Assembly: GCA_038087875.1 (NCBI GenBank)
Contig: CM075990.1
Coordinates: 5,148,001 to 5,212,000, forward strand
Length of the DNA stretch: 64,000 nt
Direction: 5' to 3'
DNA from: Malacoraja senta
Taxonomy: Eukaryota
Of this stretch, positions 25,627 to 38,082 are shown piece by piece. Position 1 is the stretch's first letter; the number at the start of each line of letters is the position of its first letter. Position numbers and translations under genes: made by a program. Below the pieces are notes generated by a model. It worked only from the letters and a program-made list of their open reading frames with translations. It was not told the DNA's origin and searched no databases.

Positions 25627-25813
25627 CAGGGCCGGATTTACATATAAGCTTCACAAGCTTAAGCTTAGTGCCTTGAGCTCTAGGGGGGCCCCGGCAGGGC
25701 CGGATTTACCTATAGGCTTCATAGGCTGACTGGCAGGGGCCTTACATAGGGGATTGGGAGGGGCCTCACAAGTGGAATAGCCTTGGGCCTCTCTTCATCT
25801 AAATCCGGCCCTG
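25627..25813. mobile_element. hAT-like MITE
   Basis: TIR CAGGGCCGGATTTA / TAAATCCGGCCCTG; perfect 8-bp TSD GTTGGGAG (25619-25626, 25814-25821). Confidence 0.9.
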
Positions 25814-26374
25814 GTTGGGAGGAAACTTGGCGAGCATAAATACTAGCATGGACCTGCTGGCCTGTTTCTGTGCTGTGAATACTGTGGAGGATGGTAAAGA
25901 CTGTAGATACAGGAGAATTATAGTTGGCATCTGTCCATCTGTGGGAGATGATGGTGTGGCTTTGACTTTGTCCTGTTTGCAGAAGGGAATGTGTTCATCT
26001 GTGGTTGTATTTCCTCCTGTGGTCGACCCTCCCACAGCTTCCGCCGGTGAACTTGTGTCTGGCCATTGGAATGGAGAGTGTGTTAGACAATAGACAATAG
26101 GTGCAGGAGTAGGCCATTTGGCCCTTCGAGCCAGCACCGCCATTCAATGTGATCATGGCTGATCATCCCCAATCAGTACCCCGTTCCTGCCTTCTCCCCA
26201 TATCCCCTGACTCCGCTATTTTTGAGAGCCCTATCTAGCTCTCTCTTGAATGCATCTAGAGAACCTGCCTCCACCGCCCTCTGAGGCAGAGAATTCCACA
26301 GACTCACAACTCTGTGAGAAAAAAGTGTTTCCTCATCTCCATTCTAAATGGCTTACTCCTTATTCCTAGACTGT

Positions 26375-26615
26375 GGAACAGCATCCCCCTTCCCATCAGA
26401 AGAACTGCCCCCTCCATCGACTCCTTTAAGTCAAGACTAAAAACATATCTATACTCCCAAGCCTTTCTTGACGTCCTCTGAGCGAGGGCTATATGTATAT
26501 ATGTATGTAGTTTGTTTGTTTATACTATTCTTATAACAAATGTAAAGCACTTTGGCCAACGAGAGTTGTTTTTTAAATGTGCTATATAAATAAATGTGAC
26601 TTGACTTGACTTGTG
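26375..26615 (+). mobile_element. L2-type LINE 3' end
   Basis: SIDSFKSRLKTYLYSQAF-like ORF end, the tgtaaagcactttgg...aaatgtgctatataaataaa tail and (GACTT)n. Confidence 0.75.
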
Positions 26616-27525
26616 ACTTATTCAACGGCAGTTGCCATTGTCCATTTTGCGGCTCAGGCTCCTGGCCTCCTGCTGTTGTGGTGCTTCACACCTACCTGGA
26701 GCTCCTTTCTCCACCTCCCAAGCTTTCCTGCTTGCCGAGGCAGCAGAGACAGGCCTGGAATTTGCGCATTACTAATTACAATGGGTCACTCTGCTGCTGC
26801 AGTGCAATATCACTCACTTCTGACTCACCCGGTTTGCTCGCTAATCCTCTCCTCTCTCCATCCCCCAACGCCTGCCCTGACACGCCTCGCCCGGCAGCTC
26901 TGCCTCCACCACTGTGCCAGTGCAATGACTTTTAGTAACCCTTGGGAGAAGAGAAGCCAGACGGCAGTAAAGCGAGTTTAATGCGCTCCTCCTCTGTGGG
27001 AGGCTTCAGCACGGGCTCCAGTTACTCACACTGAAGCCGTCCAGTGTCAGAGTACAGGGTGAGACACTGAGACTGAATAAATCACACCACTAATTGGCAC
27101 CGAGTGACCAGCATTAATCCTAACCACAAGGCTTGCGTGGAGTTAGACAAATAAAGCTTATGTCCCAGGTCTTGGCCTGATATGGCTCTGCTTGTACTTT
27201 AGTCCCACTCAGTATCTGACACTCAGCTGGTTTCATCCACTCGACCTTTGCAGTTGTACTCAAAAGGTGGTGGAGGCAGGTACTCTGGTTGCTTTCAAGA
27301 GAGAGCTAGATAGGGCTCTTAAAAATAGCGGAGTCAGGGGATATGGGGAGAAGGCTGGAATGGGGTACTGATTGGGGATGATCAGCCATGATCACATTGA
27401 ATGGCCTACTCCTGCACCTATTGTCTTTTGTCTATTGACACCGAAATCTGGAGTAACTCAGCGGGTCAGGCAGCATCTCTGGGGAACATGAACAGGTACA
27501 GTTTCGGGTCAAGACCCTTCTTTGG

Positions 27526-27933
27526 GGAAATGCGATTCCTCCTAATAGATAAATTTGACCAATTCATAACGAGTTGGTCTCCATTTGTCGTCTTTTTGGA
27601 AACATATGGTGCAAAACAGGTGTAAAAGCTAATCCGTGACTGCGGATGGTCAAGATTATAAATGATCTCCTTCTATTTTCTTTTCTTCTCTTCTCTTCTT
27701 TTATTCTCTTTCTTCTATTTTCTATGTCTCAACTTTCTTTTTTCATTCTTTATTTTTCTTTTTCACACACTATATATCTCACATTTTTCTATTTTTCATT
27801 ATCTAACTTTTTTCTTTTTCTTCTTTATTTCAAATTTTTTTTAAAATAAGAAGCTGTACATAAAAGGTATTATGAAAATATGATTTTATACAATTGTACT
27901 TACTTCTAATAAAATTAAAATATTTTTTAAAAA
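27526..27933 (+). mobile_element. L1/Tx1-like LINE 3' end with poly(A) and a 15-bp TSD
   Basis: ...FDQFITSWSPFVVFLE... ORF end, T-rich 3' UTR, AATAAA and A-tail; AAGACCCTTCTTTGG duplicated at 27511-27525 and 27934-27948. Confidence 0.8.
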
Positions 27934-28568
27934 AAGACCCTTCTTTGGAAAGTTGAATTATGGCCAAAGAAATCCTCATTTCCTGGAGAGAAAAAAGACA
28001 CAAAGTGCGGGGTTAACTCTCCCCCGACTCTCAGTCTGCAGAAGGGTCTCGACCCAAAATGTCACACATACCTTCTCTCCAGAGATGCTGCCTGACCCGC
28101 TGAGTTACTCCAGCATTTTGTGTCTATCCTCTGGAGTAACTCAGCGGGTCAGGCAGCATTATGGAGAGTCGGTATGTCAAGGAGGACTCTCTCGAACTTC
28201 TACAGGTGCACAGTAGAGAGCATGCTGACCGGTTGCATCGTGGCTTGGTTCGGCAACTTGTGCGCCCAGTAGCGGAAGAGACTGCAAAAAGTTGTAAACA
28301 CTGCCCAGTCCATCATCAGCTCTGACCTCCCTACCATCGAGGGGATCTATCACAGTCGCTGCCTCAAAAAGGCTGACAACATCATCAAGGACCCACACCA
28401 TCCTGGCCACTCACTCATCTCCCCGCTGCCTTCAGGTAGAAGGTACAGGAGCCTGAAGACTGCAACAACCAGGTTCAGGAATAGCTACTTCCCCACAGCC
28501 ATCAGGCTATTAAACGCAACAAACAAAACTCTGAACATTAATAGCCCATTGCACTTTATCTGCTTATT

Positions 28569-28602
<34 letters not shown>

Positions 28603-30219
28603 CAGTGGCTTGCAAAAGTATTCATACCCCTTGAAATTTTCCACATATTGTCACGTTACAACCACAAACGTAAATGTATTTTATTGGGATTTTATGTGAT
28701 AGACCAACACAAAGTGGTGCATAATTGTGAAGTGGAAGGAAAATGCTACATGGTTTTCAAATTTTTTTACAAATAAAAAACTGAAAAGTGTGGCGTGCAA
28801 AAGTATTCAGCCCCTCTGAGTCAATACTTTGTAGAACCACTTTTTGCTGCAATTACAGCTGCGTCTTTTGGGGTATGTCTCTACCAGCTTTGCACATCTA
28901 GAGACTGAAATGTTTGCCCATTCTTCTTTGCAAAATAGCTCAAGCTCAGTCAGATTGGATGGAGAGCGTCTGTGAACAGCAATTTTCAAGTCTTGCCAGA
29001 GATTCTCAATTGGATTTAGGTTTGGACTTTGACTGGGCCATTCTAACACATGAATATGCTTTGATCTAAACCATTCCATTATAGCTCTGGCTGTATGTTT
29101 AGGGTCGTTGTCCTGCTGGAATGTGAACCTCCGCCCCAGTCTCAAGTCTTTTGCAGACTTTTACAGGTTTTCTTCCAAGATTGTCCTGTATTTGGCTCCA
29201 TCCATCTTCCCATCAACTCTGACCAGCTTCCCTGTCCCCGTCCCTGCTGAAGAAAAGCATCCCCACAGCATGATGCTGCCACCACCATGTTTCACAGTGG
29301 GGATGGTGTGTTCAAGGTGATGTGCAGTGTTAGGTTTCCGCCACACATAGCGTTTTGCATTTAGGCCAAAAACTTCAATTTTGGTCTCATCTGACCATAG
29401 CACCTTCCTCCACATATTTGCTGTGTCCCCCACATGGCTTGTGGCAAACTGCAAACGGGACTTCTTATGGCTTTTTTTCAACAATGGCTTTCTTCTTGCC
29501 ACTCTTCCATAAAGGCCCGATTTGTGGAGTGCACGACTAATAGTTGTCCTGTGGACAGATTCTCCCACCTGAGCTGTGGATCTCTGCAGCTCCTCCAGAG
29601 TTACCATGGGCCTTGGCTGCTTCTCTGATCAATGCTCTCCTTGCCCGGCCTGTCAGTTTAGGTGGACGGCCATGTCTTGGTAGGTTTGCAGTTGTGCCAT
29701 ACTCTTTCCATTTTCGGATGATGGATTGAACAGTGCTCCGTGAGATGTTCAAAGCTTGGGACATTTGTTTATAACCTAACCCTGCTTTAAACTTCTCCAC
29801 AACTTTATCCCTGACCTGTCTGGTGTGTTCCTTGGGCTTCATGATGCTGTTTGTTCACTAATGTTCTCTAACAAACCTCTGATGCCTTCACAGAATAGCT
29901 GTATTTATACTGAGATTAGATTACACACAAGTGGACTATTTTTTAATTAGGTGACTTCTGAAGGCAATTGGTTGCACTGGGTTTTATTTAGGGGTATCAG
30001 AGTAAAGGGGGCTGAATACTTTTGCACGCGACACTTTTCAGTTTTTTATTTGTAAAAAAATTTGAAAACCATGTATCATTTTCCTTCCACTTCAAAATTA
30101 TGCACCACTTTGTGTTGGTCTATCACATAAAATCCCAATAAAATACATTTACGTTTGTGGTTGTAACGTGACAAAATGTGGAAAAGTTCAAGGGGTATGA
30201 ATACTTTTGCAAGCCACTG
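28603..30219 (-). mobile_element. Full-length Tc1/mariner DD34E transposon (Passport-like), IR/DR type
   Basis: TA|CAGTGGCTTGCAAAAGTATTCA...TGAATACTTTTGCAAGCCACTG|TA; ~212-bp TIRs with an internal direct repeat; inserted in the (TA)n of a Rex1/Babar 3' UTR. Confidence 0.96.
28821..29842 (-). pseudogene. Tc1 transposase (DD34E), two frameshifts and one stop
   Basis: MKPKEHTRQVRDKVVEK...GRPPKL...WSDETK...[13 protein letters not shown]...FQQDNDPKH...SPNLNPIE (34 residues between D and E)...GSTKY*. Confidence 0.95.
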
Positions 30220-30733
30220 TATATTCATTGGTATATGGTCACACTGATCTGTTCTGTATTATTCATGCCTACTATATTCTGTTGTGCTGAAGCAAAGCAA
30301 GAATTTCATTGTCCTATCTGGGACACATGACAATAAACTCACTTGCATCTTGAATCTTGAATCATCACCTATCTCTGTTCTCCAGAGATGCTGCCTGACC
30401 CACTGAATAACTCCAGCACTTTGCATCTTTTTTTGTAAACCAGCATCTGCAGTTCCTTACTTCTACTCTTTTCTATGTGCCTTTATTTCTAATTTTATGT
30501 TTCACTGCCCAATGTAATTGTGCGGAGCCAAGTGGGCACTGCAGCCGTCTCTCATCCCTGCTTCACGTGCCTCTGTGTGTTCACCCAGTCTATACCTGAA
30601 ACCTCTATCACACCGTTTAGTTTAGTTTAGAGATACAGCGCGGAAACAGGCCTCTCGGCCCACCGGCTCTGCGCCGACCAGCGATCCCTGCACATTAACA
30701 CTATCCTATACCCACTAGGGACAATTTTTTTTA

Positions 30734-31031
30734 AGGGCCTGTCCCACTGTACGAGGTAATTCAAGAGTTCTCCCGAGTTTCCCCTGATTCGAACTCGGAG
30801 AATTACGGTAATAGCCATTCGTAGGTGCTCGGGGGCTCTCGTGGACATTTTTCACAGTGCTGAAAAAACTTCACGAGTTTCTGCGTTTCCCGAGTTAGCG
30901 TTTCGAGCCGCTACGAGACGTCAACGAGCTCTGGCGTAGCCGCTACATACATTCTACGTACTTACCACGAGCTTGATTTTTTAAAAATTTGGGAGAGCTC
31001 TTGAATTACCTCGTACAGTGGGACAGGCCCT
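30734..31031. mobile_element. PIF/Harbinger-like MITE, second family (related at 51534-51852 and ~1820-2095)
   Basis: TIR AGGGCCTGTCCCACTGTACGAGGTAATTCAAGAG; inserted in a SINE. Confidence 0.85.
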
Positions 31032-32164
31032 TCACATTTACCAAGCCAATTAACCTTGCAAACCTGTACGTCTTATGAGATGTGCGAGGAAACTTAAGAT
31101 CCCGGAGAAAACCCACGCAGGTCACGGGGAGAACGTACAAACTCCGTACAGACAGCACCCGTAGTCAGGATCGAACCCGGGTCTCTGGCGCTGCATTCGC
31201 TGTAAGGCAGCAACTCTACCGCTGGTTGGTATAATCCATTTGCACTTTGCAAAGCTCTACTTCCTCCAGAGGTTACTGAAAGTCATTGCATTGACACAGG
31301 GATGGTTGCGGGAGGCTGGGACATGTCTATGCAGGAGTAAAGGAAGGGGAAAAGAGGAGAGGATTAACATACTGTACAAGCTGGTGCACAAACAGTCAAA
31401 AACCTGGCTGCTTGTGGATTCAATGCCCACTTGGAAAAGCAGAGGAAACTGAGTCATTCCGAAAGCTGCTGCTTCCTTGGTTTAGAAATACCAGCGTAAA
31501 GAAGGGCAGACTTGCACTTGTAGGCAGCTGAGCATCACAACTGCACACTTGTTTACAGTCAATTAAGTGATGCTGAATTTGAGTCACTGTAGTAACCCTT
31601 GGAAAAGGAGAAGCCATGCTTGGCACAGCAAGGTAGCCCAATCCGAATACAATGGGGAACAAATAATGTGTAGGTCGGAACTGCAGATGCTGGTTTACAT
31701 TCAAATACTGTCAAATACAGTGAGATGTAAATATTGACCAGGATACAGTGCATGCCCTACTGCCCTGCATGGAATTGACAATTGTTTCGCAAGGTGGACC
31801 TGTTCCATGCTTGGCGTGGTTGTCCGTTACCTGACTATTCACGTGCACAAGGGTTGTATGTCTACACCCAGTTAAGACAAGAGCAGATCTAACATCTACA
31901 TAACATTCAGCGTCGAATGGGGAGGCTGAACGATTGGTGAAGTATAGAAGGTCAGTGAAAAGCTTTTGTTCTTGCTATCCAGTCAGCAGCAAGACAATAC
32001 ATGATTACAATCAAGCCATTTACAGTGCATATGTAACGGCAGCCAGTCGACAAGGGATCCAAATGGGTCTTGAGGCACTATTTCTGCTTACTCCAGAAGC
32101 AGTCCATGGAGGCATGCTGAAGGGTTAATGTTAATGGGCACAGCTTGGTATAACTTTAAAATAG

Positions 32165-32562
32165 TAACTCAGCGGGACAGGCAGCATCTCTAGAGAGAAG
32201 GAATGGGTGACGTTTCGGATCGAGACCCTTCCTAGTTCGGGAAAAGGGAATCGAGAGATAAAGAACAATGAATGAAAGAGTTGCAAAAAAGTAACAAGGA
32301 TTAAGTAAACAGGCTGTTTGTTGGGTGAAAATGAGAAGCTGGTGCGACTTGGGTGGGGGTGGGATACAGAGAGAGGGAATGCCGGGGTTACTGGAAGTTA
32401 GAGAAATCAATATTCATACCACTGGGCTGTAAGCTGCCCAAGCAAAATATGAGATGCTGTTCCTCCAATTTGCATGTAGCCTCACTCTGACAATGGAGGA
32501 GACCTAGGACAGAAAGGTCTTTGTGCGAATGGGAAGGAGAATTGAAGTGTTTAGCAACCGGG
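32165..32562 (-). mobile_element. Penelope-like 3' fragment (GIY-YIG end plus pLTR)
   Basis: Same architecture as 4801-5253 (...KLEEQHLIFCLGSLQPSGMNIDFSNFQ*). Further remnants near 6020-6400, 15180-15580, 16715-16890 (with an inversion), 23120-23357 and 24130-24285. Confidence 0.8.
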
Positions 32563-34968
32563 TATAGCTTTACTTGGACGGGGAGCAGGAGGATCAGGAG
32601 AGGTGTCAGAATGGGTATCTCTCCCTCTCAACCCCATTTTCTTGCCTTCTCCCCATAACCCCTGACGCCTGTACTAATCACAAATCTATCAATTGCCACC
32701 GTGAAAATATCCATTGACTTGAGTGTGTGATGTGCAAGATGAGCCAGGATATGACTGACCGACTGACCTGATATATGTTGTAGCCATCACTGGACAGGGC
32801 TCAATGAGAGGATGACACAGCCCACACGAGGATGTGGCCGCAGGAATAGAGGGCAAGTGAAGTGGACATCTCAGGTACAACAAATGCATCGTTAAATTGA
32901 GGAGATCGGAGAGGAAATATATTGATTAAAGTTATAGTTTAATTTAGCGATACAGCACAGAAACAGGCCCTACGGCCCAGCGAGTCTGCAGCAACCAGTG
33001 ATCACCCCGTACATTAGCATCATCTTACACACGAGGGACAATTTACAGTCTTTACCAAAGCCAACTAACCTACAAACCTGTATGCCTTTGGTGTGTGGGA
33101 GGAAACCTGAACACCCAGAGAAAACCCATGCAGTCACGGGCAGAAGGTACAAACTTCATACAGACAGCCCCTGTAGTCAGGATTGAACCCGGGTCTTTGG
33201 CGCTGTAAGGCAGCAACTCTACCGCTGCGCCACCTTGTCGAGTTGTTGCTGCATATGCTTGTCAAAAGTCACATGTGTAAGTTGTTTCCATCGGTTTCCT
33301 TTTGCCTTTTTAGAGGATGCAGAGTGGTGCATATAGATTGTGTAAGGAGATATTTATCGGAGTGTTATTGTGTGGGATGACTTTAATACTTTGTCCTATG
33401 TTGCTGTTTAGGAGAGAGTTCACCAGGTTCAGCAAAGGCAGCTCTGTGGGTGAATCCATCTCCATTATTTGTCTTTGCAAGTGGCAACTCTGGCCTGTGG
33501 AAAGCAGGAACAAATGTTGCCCATATTCCAAGAATAAGGAAAACATTGTCTTGTGTTTTGTACTTTGTGGGAGGTTAGAGAGAGATACAGCAGGGAAACA
33601 GGCCATGCAGCCCACCAAGGCCTCCCTGACCATCAACCAAAGGATTCATACTTACCATACTCTAACCTCAATTTTTTTTTACCCCCCCCCTCCCCCAATT
33701 TCAATCATTTACCTACATATAGGGGACTATTTACAAAAGCCAACTAACTTCCCAACCTAGGTAGACTCAAAATGCCAGAGTAACTCAACGGGTCAGGCAG
33801 CATATCGGGAGAAAAGGAATAGGTGATATTTTGGGTTGGGACCCTTCTTCAGACCGGGATGGGATGCAAGGCCACTGGGCTGATCTGTAGTCAGGGTCAA
33901 ACTTCTCAATCTGCACGTTTTTGGCATGTGGAAGGAAATCAGAGCACCAAGTGAAAAAACAACGCTCTCACAGGGAGAACATCCAAACTCCACACAAACA
34001 GAGGTCAGGATAGAACCCTGGCCTCTGGTGCTGTGAGGCAGTGACTCTACCGGCTGCACCACTGTGCCACCCACATCCAGTCTGGTCCAAATGCAGAGAT
34101 CGTTCTTTCAGTCTTATTGATGCAGCTGACAGCCTATGAAGGTTCAAGAAGGCACCATCACACGCTTTGAAGAACACTGTTATCATATCCAAATACATTA
34201 TTAATAGAGTCTTGGGAGTTCTAGCTCTGCTCACATGAGCTCCACTGGGAAGCGTGCAAGTGTTGGGTGAGGTCTGGATGGTACCTTCATGATCAGATGG
34301 CAGCCAGTGCTCCAGTCCAAGGTTTGGCCCCAGGGATGGGATGGTGGGCCACTGGACTGATCTGTAGTCAGGGTCATTTCCTTCATAGCTGGAGACACGG
34401 GGACTTCAATGAGTTTTACTGAGTTGGGCCACCCTAGGATGGAAAGGTTTTACATTCGCTGAGCTCAGCTGCTGCATTAGACAAGTAGCGGGAATAACAC
34501 AACAAGCTTGCCCGAGAGACAATCTAGCATCACCTCTGGACTCAGTAGCATAGCAACCAATCTCTAATCGCTTAGTGCTTTAACTTAGGGATTTATTCAC
34601 AGAGAAGCAGGATTTGATGCTCAGCAACACTGCCTCACACTCTCTCCTGAATGTGCTTTACATCCATGCTTCTGCCAACCTGCTCAAATTGATTAGGAAT
34701 TCTGCCTCTTCGCGCTAATTCCAAATATTGATTGATTCATTATTGTCACATGTACATGCTACAGTGAAATTCTTTGTTTTGCATACAATACACACTGAAC
34801 ACCTGGCACGGCGGTAGAGTTGCTGCTTTACAGCGGCAGAGTCCCGGGTTCGATCCTGACTATGGGTGCCGTTCGTACATAGATACATAGAAAATAGGTG
34901 CAGGAGTAGGCCATTCGGCCCTTCGAGCCTGCACCGCCATTCAATATGATCATGGCTGATCATCCAAC

Positions 34969-37903
34969 TCAGTATCCCGTACCTGCCTCCTCTCCATACC
35001 CCCTGATCCCCTTAGCCACAAGGGCCACATCTAACTCCTTCTAAAATATAGCCAATGAACTGGCCTCAACTACCCTCTGTGGCAGAGAGTTCCAGAGATT
35101 CACCACTCTCTGTGTGAAAAAGTTTTTCCTCATCTCGGTCTTAAAGGATTTCCCCCTTATCCTTAAGCTGTGACCCCTTGTCCTGGACTTCCCCAACATC
35201 GGGAACAATCTTCCTGCATCTAGCCTGTCCAACCCCATAAGAATTTTGTACGTTTCTATAAGATCCCCTCTCAATCTCCTAAATTCTAGCGAGTATAAGC
35301 CAAGTCTATCCAGTCTTTCTTCATATGAAAGTCCTGACATCCCAGGAATCAGTCTGGTGAACCTTCTCTGCACTCCCTCTATGGCTATAATGTCCTTCCT
35401 CAGATTTGGAGACCATAACTGAACGCAATACTCCAGGTGTGGTCTCACCAAGATCCTGTACAACTGCAGTAGAACCTCCCTGCTCCTATACTCAAATCCT
35501 TTTGCTACGAAAGCTAACATACCATTCGCTTTCTTCACTGCCTGCTGCACCTGCATGCCTACTTTCAATGACTGGTGTACCATGACACCCAGGTCTAGCT
35601 GCATCTCCCCATTTCCTAATCGGCCACCATTTAGATAGTAGTCTGCTTTCCTGTTTTTGCCACCAAAGTGGATAACCTCACATTTATCCACATTATACTG
35701 CATCTGCCAAACATTTGCCCACTCACCCAGCCTATCCAAGTCACCTTGCAGTCTCCAAGCATCCTCCTCACAGCTAACACTGCCCCCCAGCTTAGTGTCA
35801 TCCGCAAACTTGGAGATGTTGCCTTCAATTCCCTCATCCAGTTCATTAATATAAATTGTAAATAGCTGGGGTCCCAGCACTGAGCCTTGCGGTACCCCAC
35901 TAGTCACTGCCTGCCATTGTGAAAAGGACCCGTTTACTCCTACTCTTTGCTTCCTGTTTGCCAGCCAGTTCTCTATCCACATCAATACTGAACCCCCAAT
36001 ACCGTGTGCTTTAAGTTTGTATACTAATCTCTTATGTGGTACCTTGTTGAAAGCCTTCTGAAAGTCCAGATACAACACATCCACTGGTTCTCCCCTATCC
36101 ACTCTACTAGTTACATCCTCGAAAAATTCTATAAGATTCGTCAGACATGATTTACCTTTCGTAAATCCATGCTGACTTTGTCCAATGATTTCACCACTTT
36201 CCAAATGTGCTGCTATCCCATCTTTAATAAGTGACTCTAGCAGTTTCCCCACTACTGATGTTAGACTAACTGGTCTGTAATTCCCCGTTTTCTCTCCTCC
36301 CTTCTTAAAAAGTGGGGTTACGTTTGCTACCCTCCAATCCTCAGGAACTACTCCAGAATCTAAAGAGTTTTGAAAAATTATCACTAATGCATCCACTATT
36401 TCTGGAACTAACTTCCTTAAGTACTCTGGGATGCAGCCTATCTGGCCCTGGTGATTTATCGGCCTTTAATCCATTCAATTTACCGAACACCACTTCCCGA
36501 CTAACCTGGATTTCACTCAGTTCCTCGATCTCCTTTGACCCGCGGTCCCCTGCTATTTCTGGCAGATTATTTATGTCTTCCTTAGTGAAGACGGAACCAA
36601 AGTAGTTATTCAATTGGTCCGCCATATCCTTGTTCCCCATGATCAACTCACCTGTTTCTGACTGGAAGGGACCTACATTTGTTTTAACTAATCTCTTTCT
36701 CTTCACATATCTATAAAAACTTTTGCAGTCAGTTTTTATGTTCCCAGCCAGTTTTCTTTCATAATCTATTTTCCCTTTCCTAATTAAGCCCTTTGTCCTC
36801 CTCTGCTGGTCTCTGAATTTCTCCCAGTCCTCTGGTATGCTGCTTTTTCTGGCTAATTTGTACGCATCATCTTTTGCTTTGATACTATCCCTGATTTCCC
36901 TTGTTATCCATGGAGGCACTACCTTCCCCAATTTATTCTTTTGCCAAATTGGGATGAACAATTTTTGTAGTTCATCCATGCAGTCTTTAAATGCCTTCCA
37001 TTGCATATCCACCGTCAATCCTTTTAGAACTAATTGCCAGTCAATGTTGGCCAATTCACGTCTCATACCCTCAAAGTTACCTTTCTTTAAGTTCAGAACC
37101 ATTGTTTCTGAATTAACAATGTCACTCTCCATCCTAATGAAGGACTCAACCATATTATGGTCACTCTTGCCCAAGGGGGCACGCACAACAAGACTGCTAA
37201 CTAACCCTTCCTCATTACTCAATACCCAGTCTAGAATAGCCTGCTCTCTCGTTGGTTCCTGTACATGTTGGTTTAGATAACTATCCCGCATACATTCCAA
37301 GAAATCCTCTTCCTCAGCACCCCTGCCAATTTGATTCACCCAATCTATATGTAGATTGAAGTCACCCATTATAACTGTTTTGCCTTTGTTGCACGCATTT
37401 CTAATTTCCTGTTTGATACCATCTCCAACTTCACTACTACTGTTAGGTGGCCTGTACACAACACCCACCAGCGTTTTCTGCCCCTTAGTGTTTCGCAGCT
37501 CTACCCATACCGATTCCACATCCTCCAAGCTAATGTCCTTCCTTTCCACTGCGTTAATCTCCTCTCTAACCAGCAACGCTACCCCACCTCCTTTTCCTTT
37601 CTCTCTATCCCTCCTGAATATTGAATATCCCTGGATGTTCAGCTCCCAGCCTTGGTCACCCTGGAGCCATGTCTCCGTGATCCCAACTATATCATAATCA
37701 TTAATAGCTATCTGCACGTTCAACTCATCCACCTTATTACGAATGCTCCTTGCATTGAGACACAAAGCCTTCAGGCTTGTTTTTACAACGCTCTTACCCC
37801 TTTTACAATTATGTTGAAAAGTGGCCCTTTTTGATTTTTGTCCTGGATTTGTCTGCCTACCACTTTTACTTTTCACCTTGCTACCTATTGCTTCCGCCCG
37901 CAT
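34969..37903 (-). pseudogene. CR1 ORF2 (APE endonuclease plus reverse transcriptase), one frameshift and one nonsense codon
   Basis: LCLNARSIRNK, GITETW, GDFN and SDH (endonuclease); YLDFQKAF, GVPQGSVLGP and FADDT (RT). Frameshift at ~36410; TAG at 35041-35043 where a paralogous copy at ~58990 has AAG. Start position approximate. Confidence 0.93.
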
Positions 37904-38082
37904 TTTACACCCCTCTGTTTCTCTGCTCACCCATTTAAGAACCCCACCACCTCTTATTCTCTGTTTATTATTGTTTTCTTCTTTCCCCCCTACATGTTGG
38001 GTCTGAGTGCTTTCCTTCTCTGCCTCCTGTCTCACACACTGTCTAATAGCTTTCTCTATTTGAGTCCCTCCCCCCAACCGTT

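Larger units (their letters stand above)
28165..30360 (+). mobile_element. Rex1/Babar LINE 3' end split by the Tc1 insertion (uninterrupted paralog at 22290-22708)
   Basis: ...NFYRCTVESMLTGCIVAWFG...KDPHHPGH...LPSGRRYRS...; the 3' UTR resumes at 30222 and matches 22580-22708. Confidence 0.88.

Noticed and set aside
26800..26940. miR-130/301-like CAGTGCAAT seeds
   Set aside because: The rest of the mature sequence does not match and no precursor hairpin is evident.
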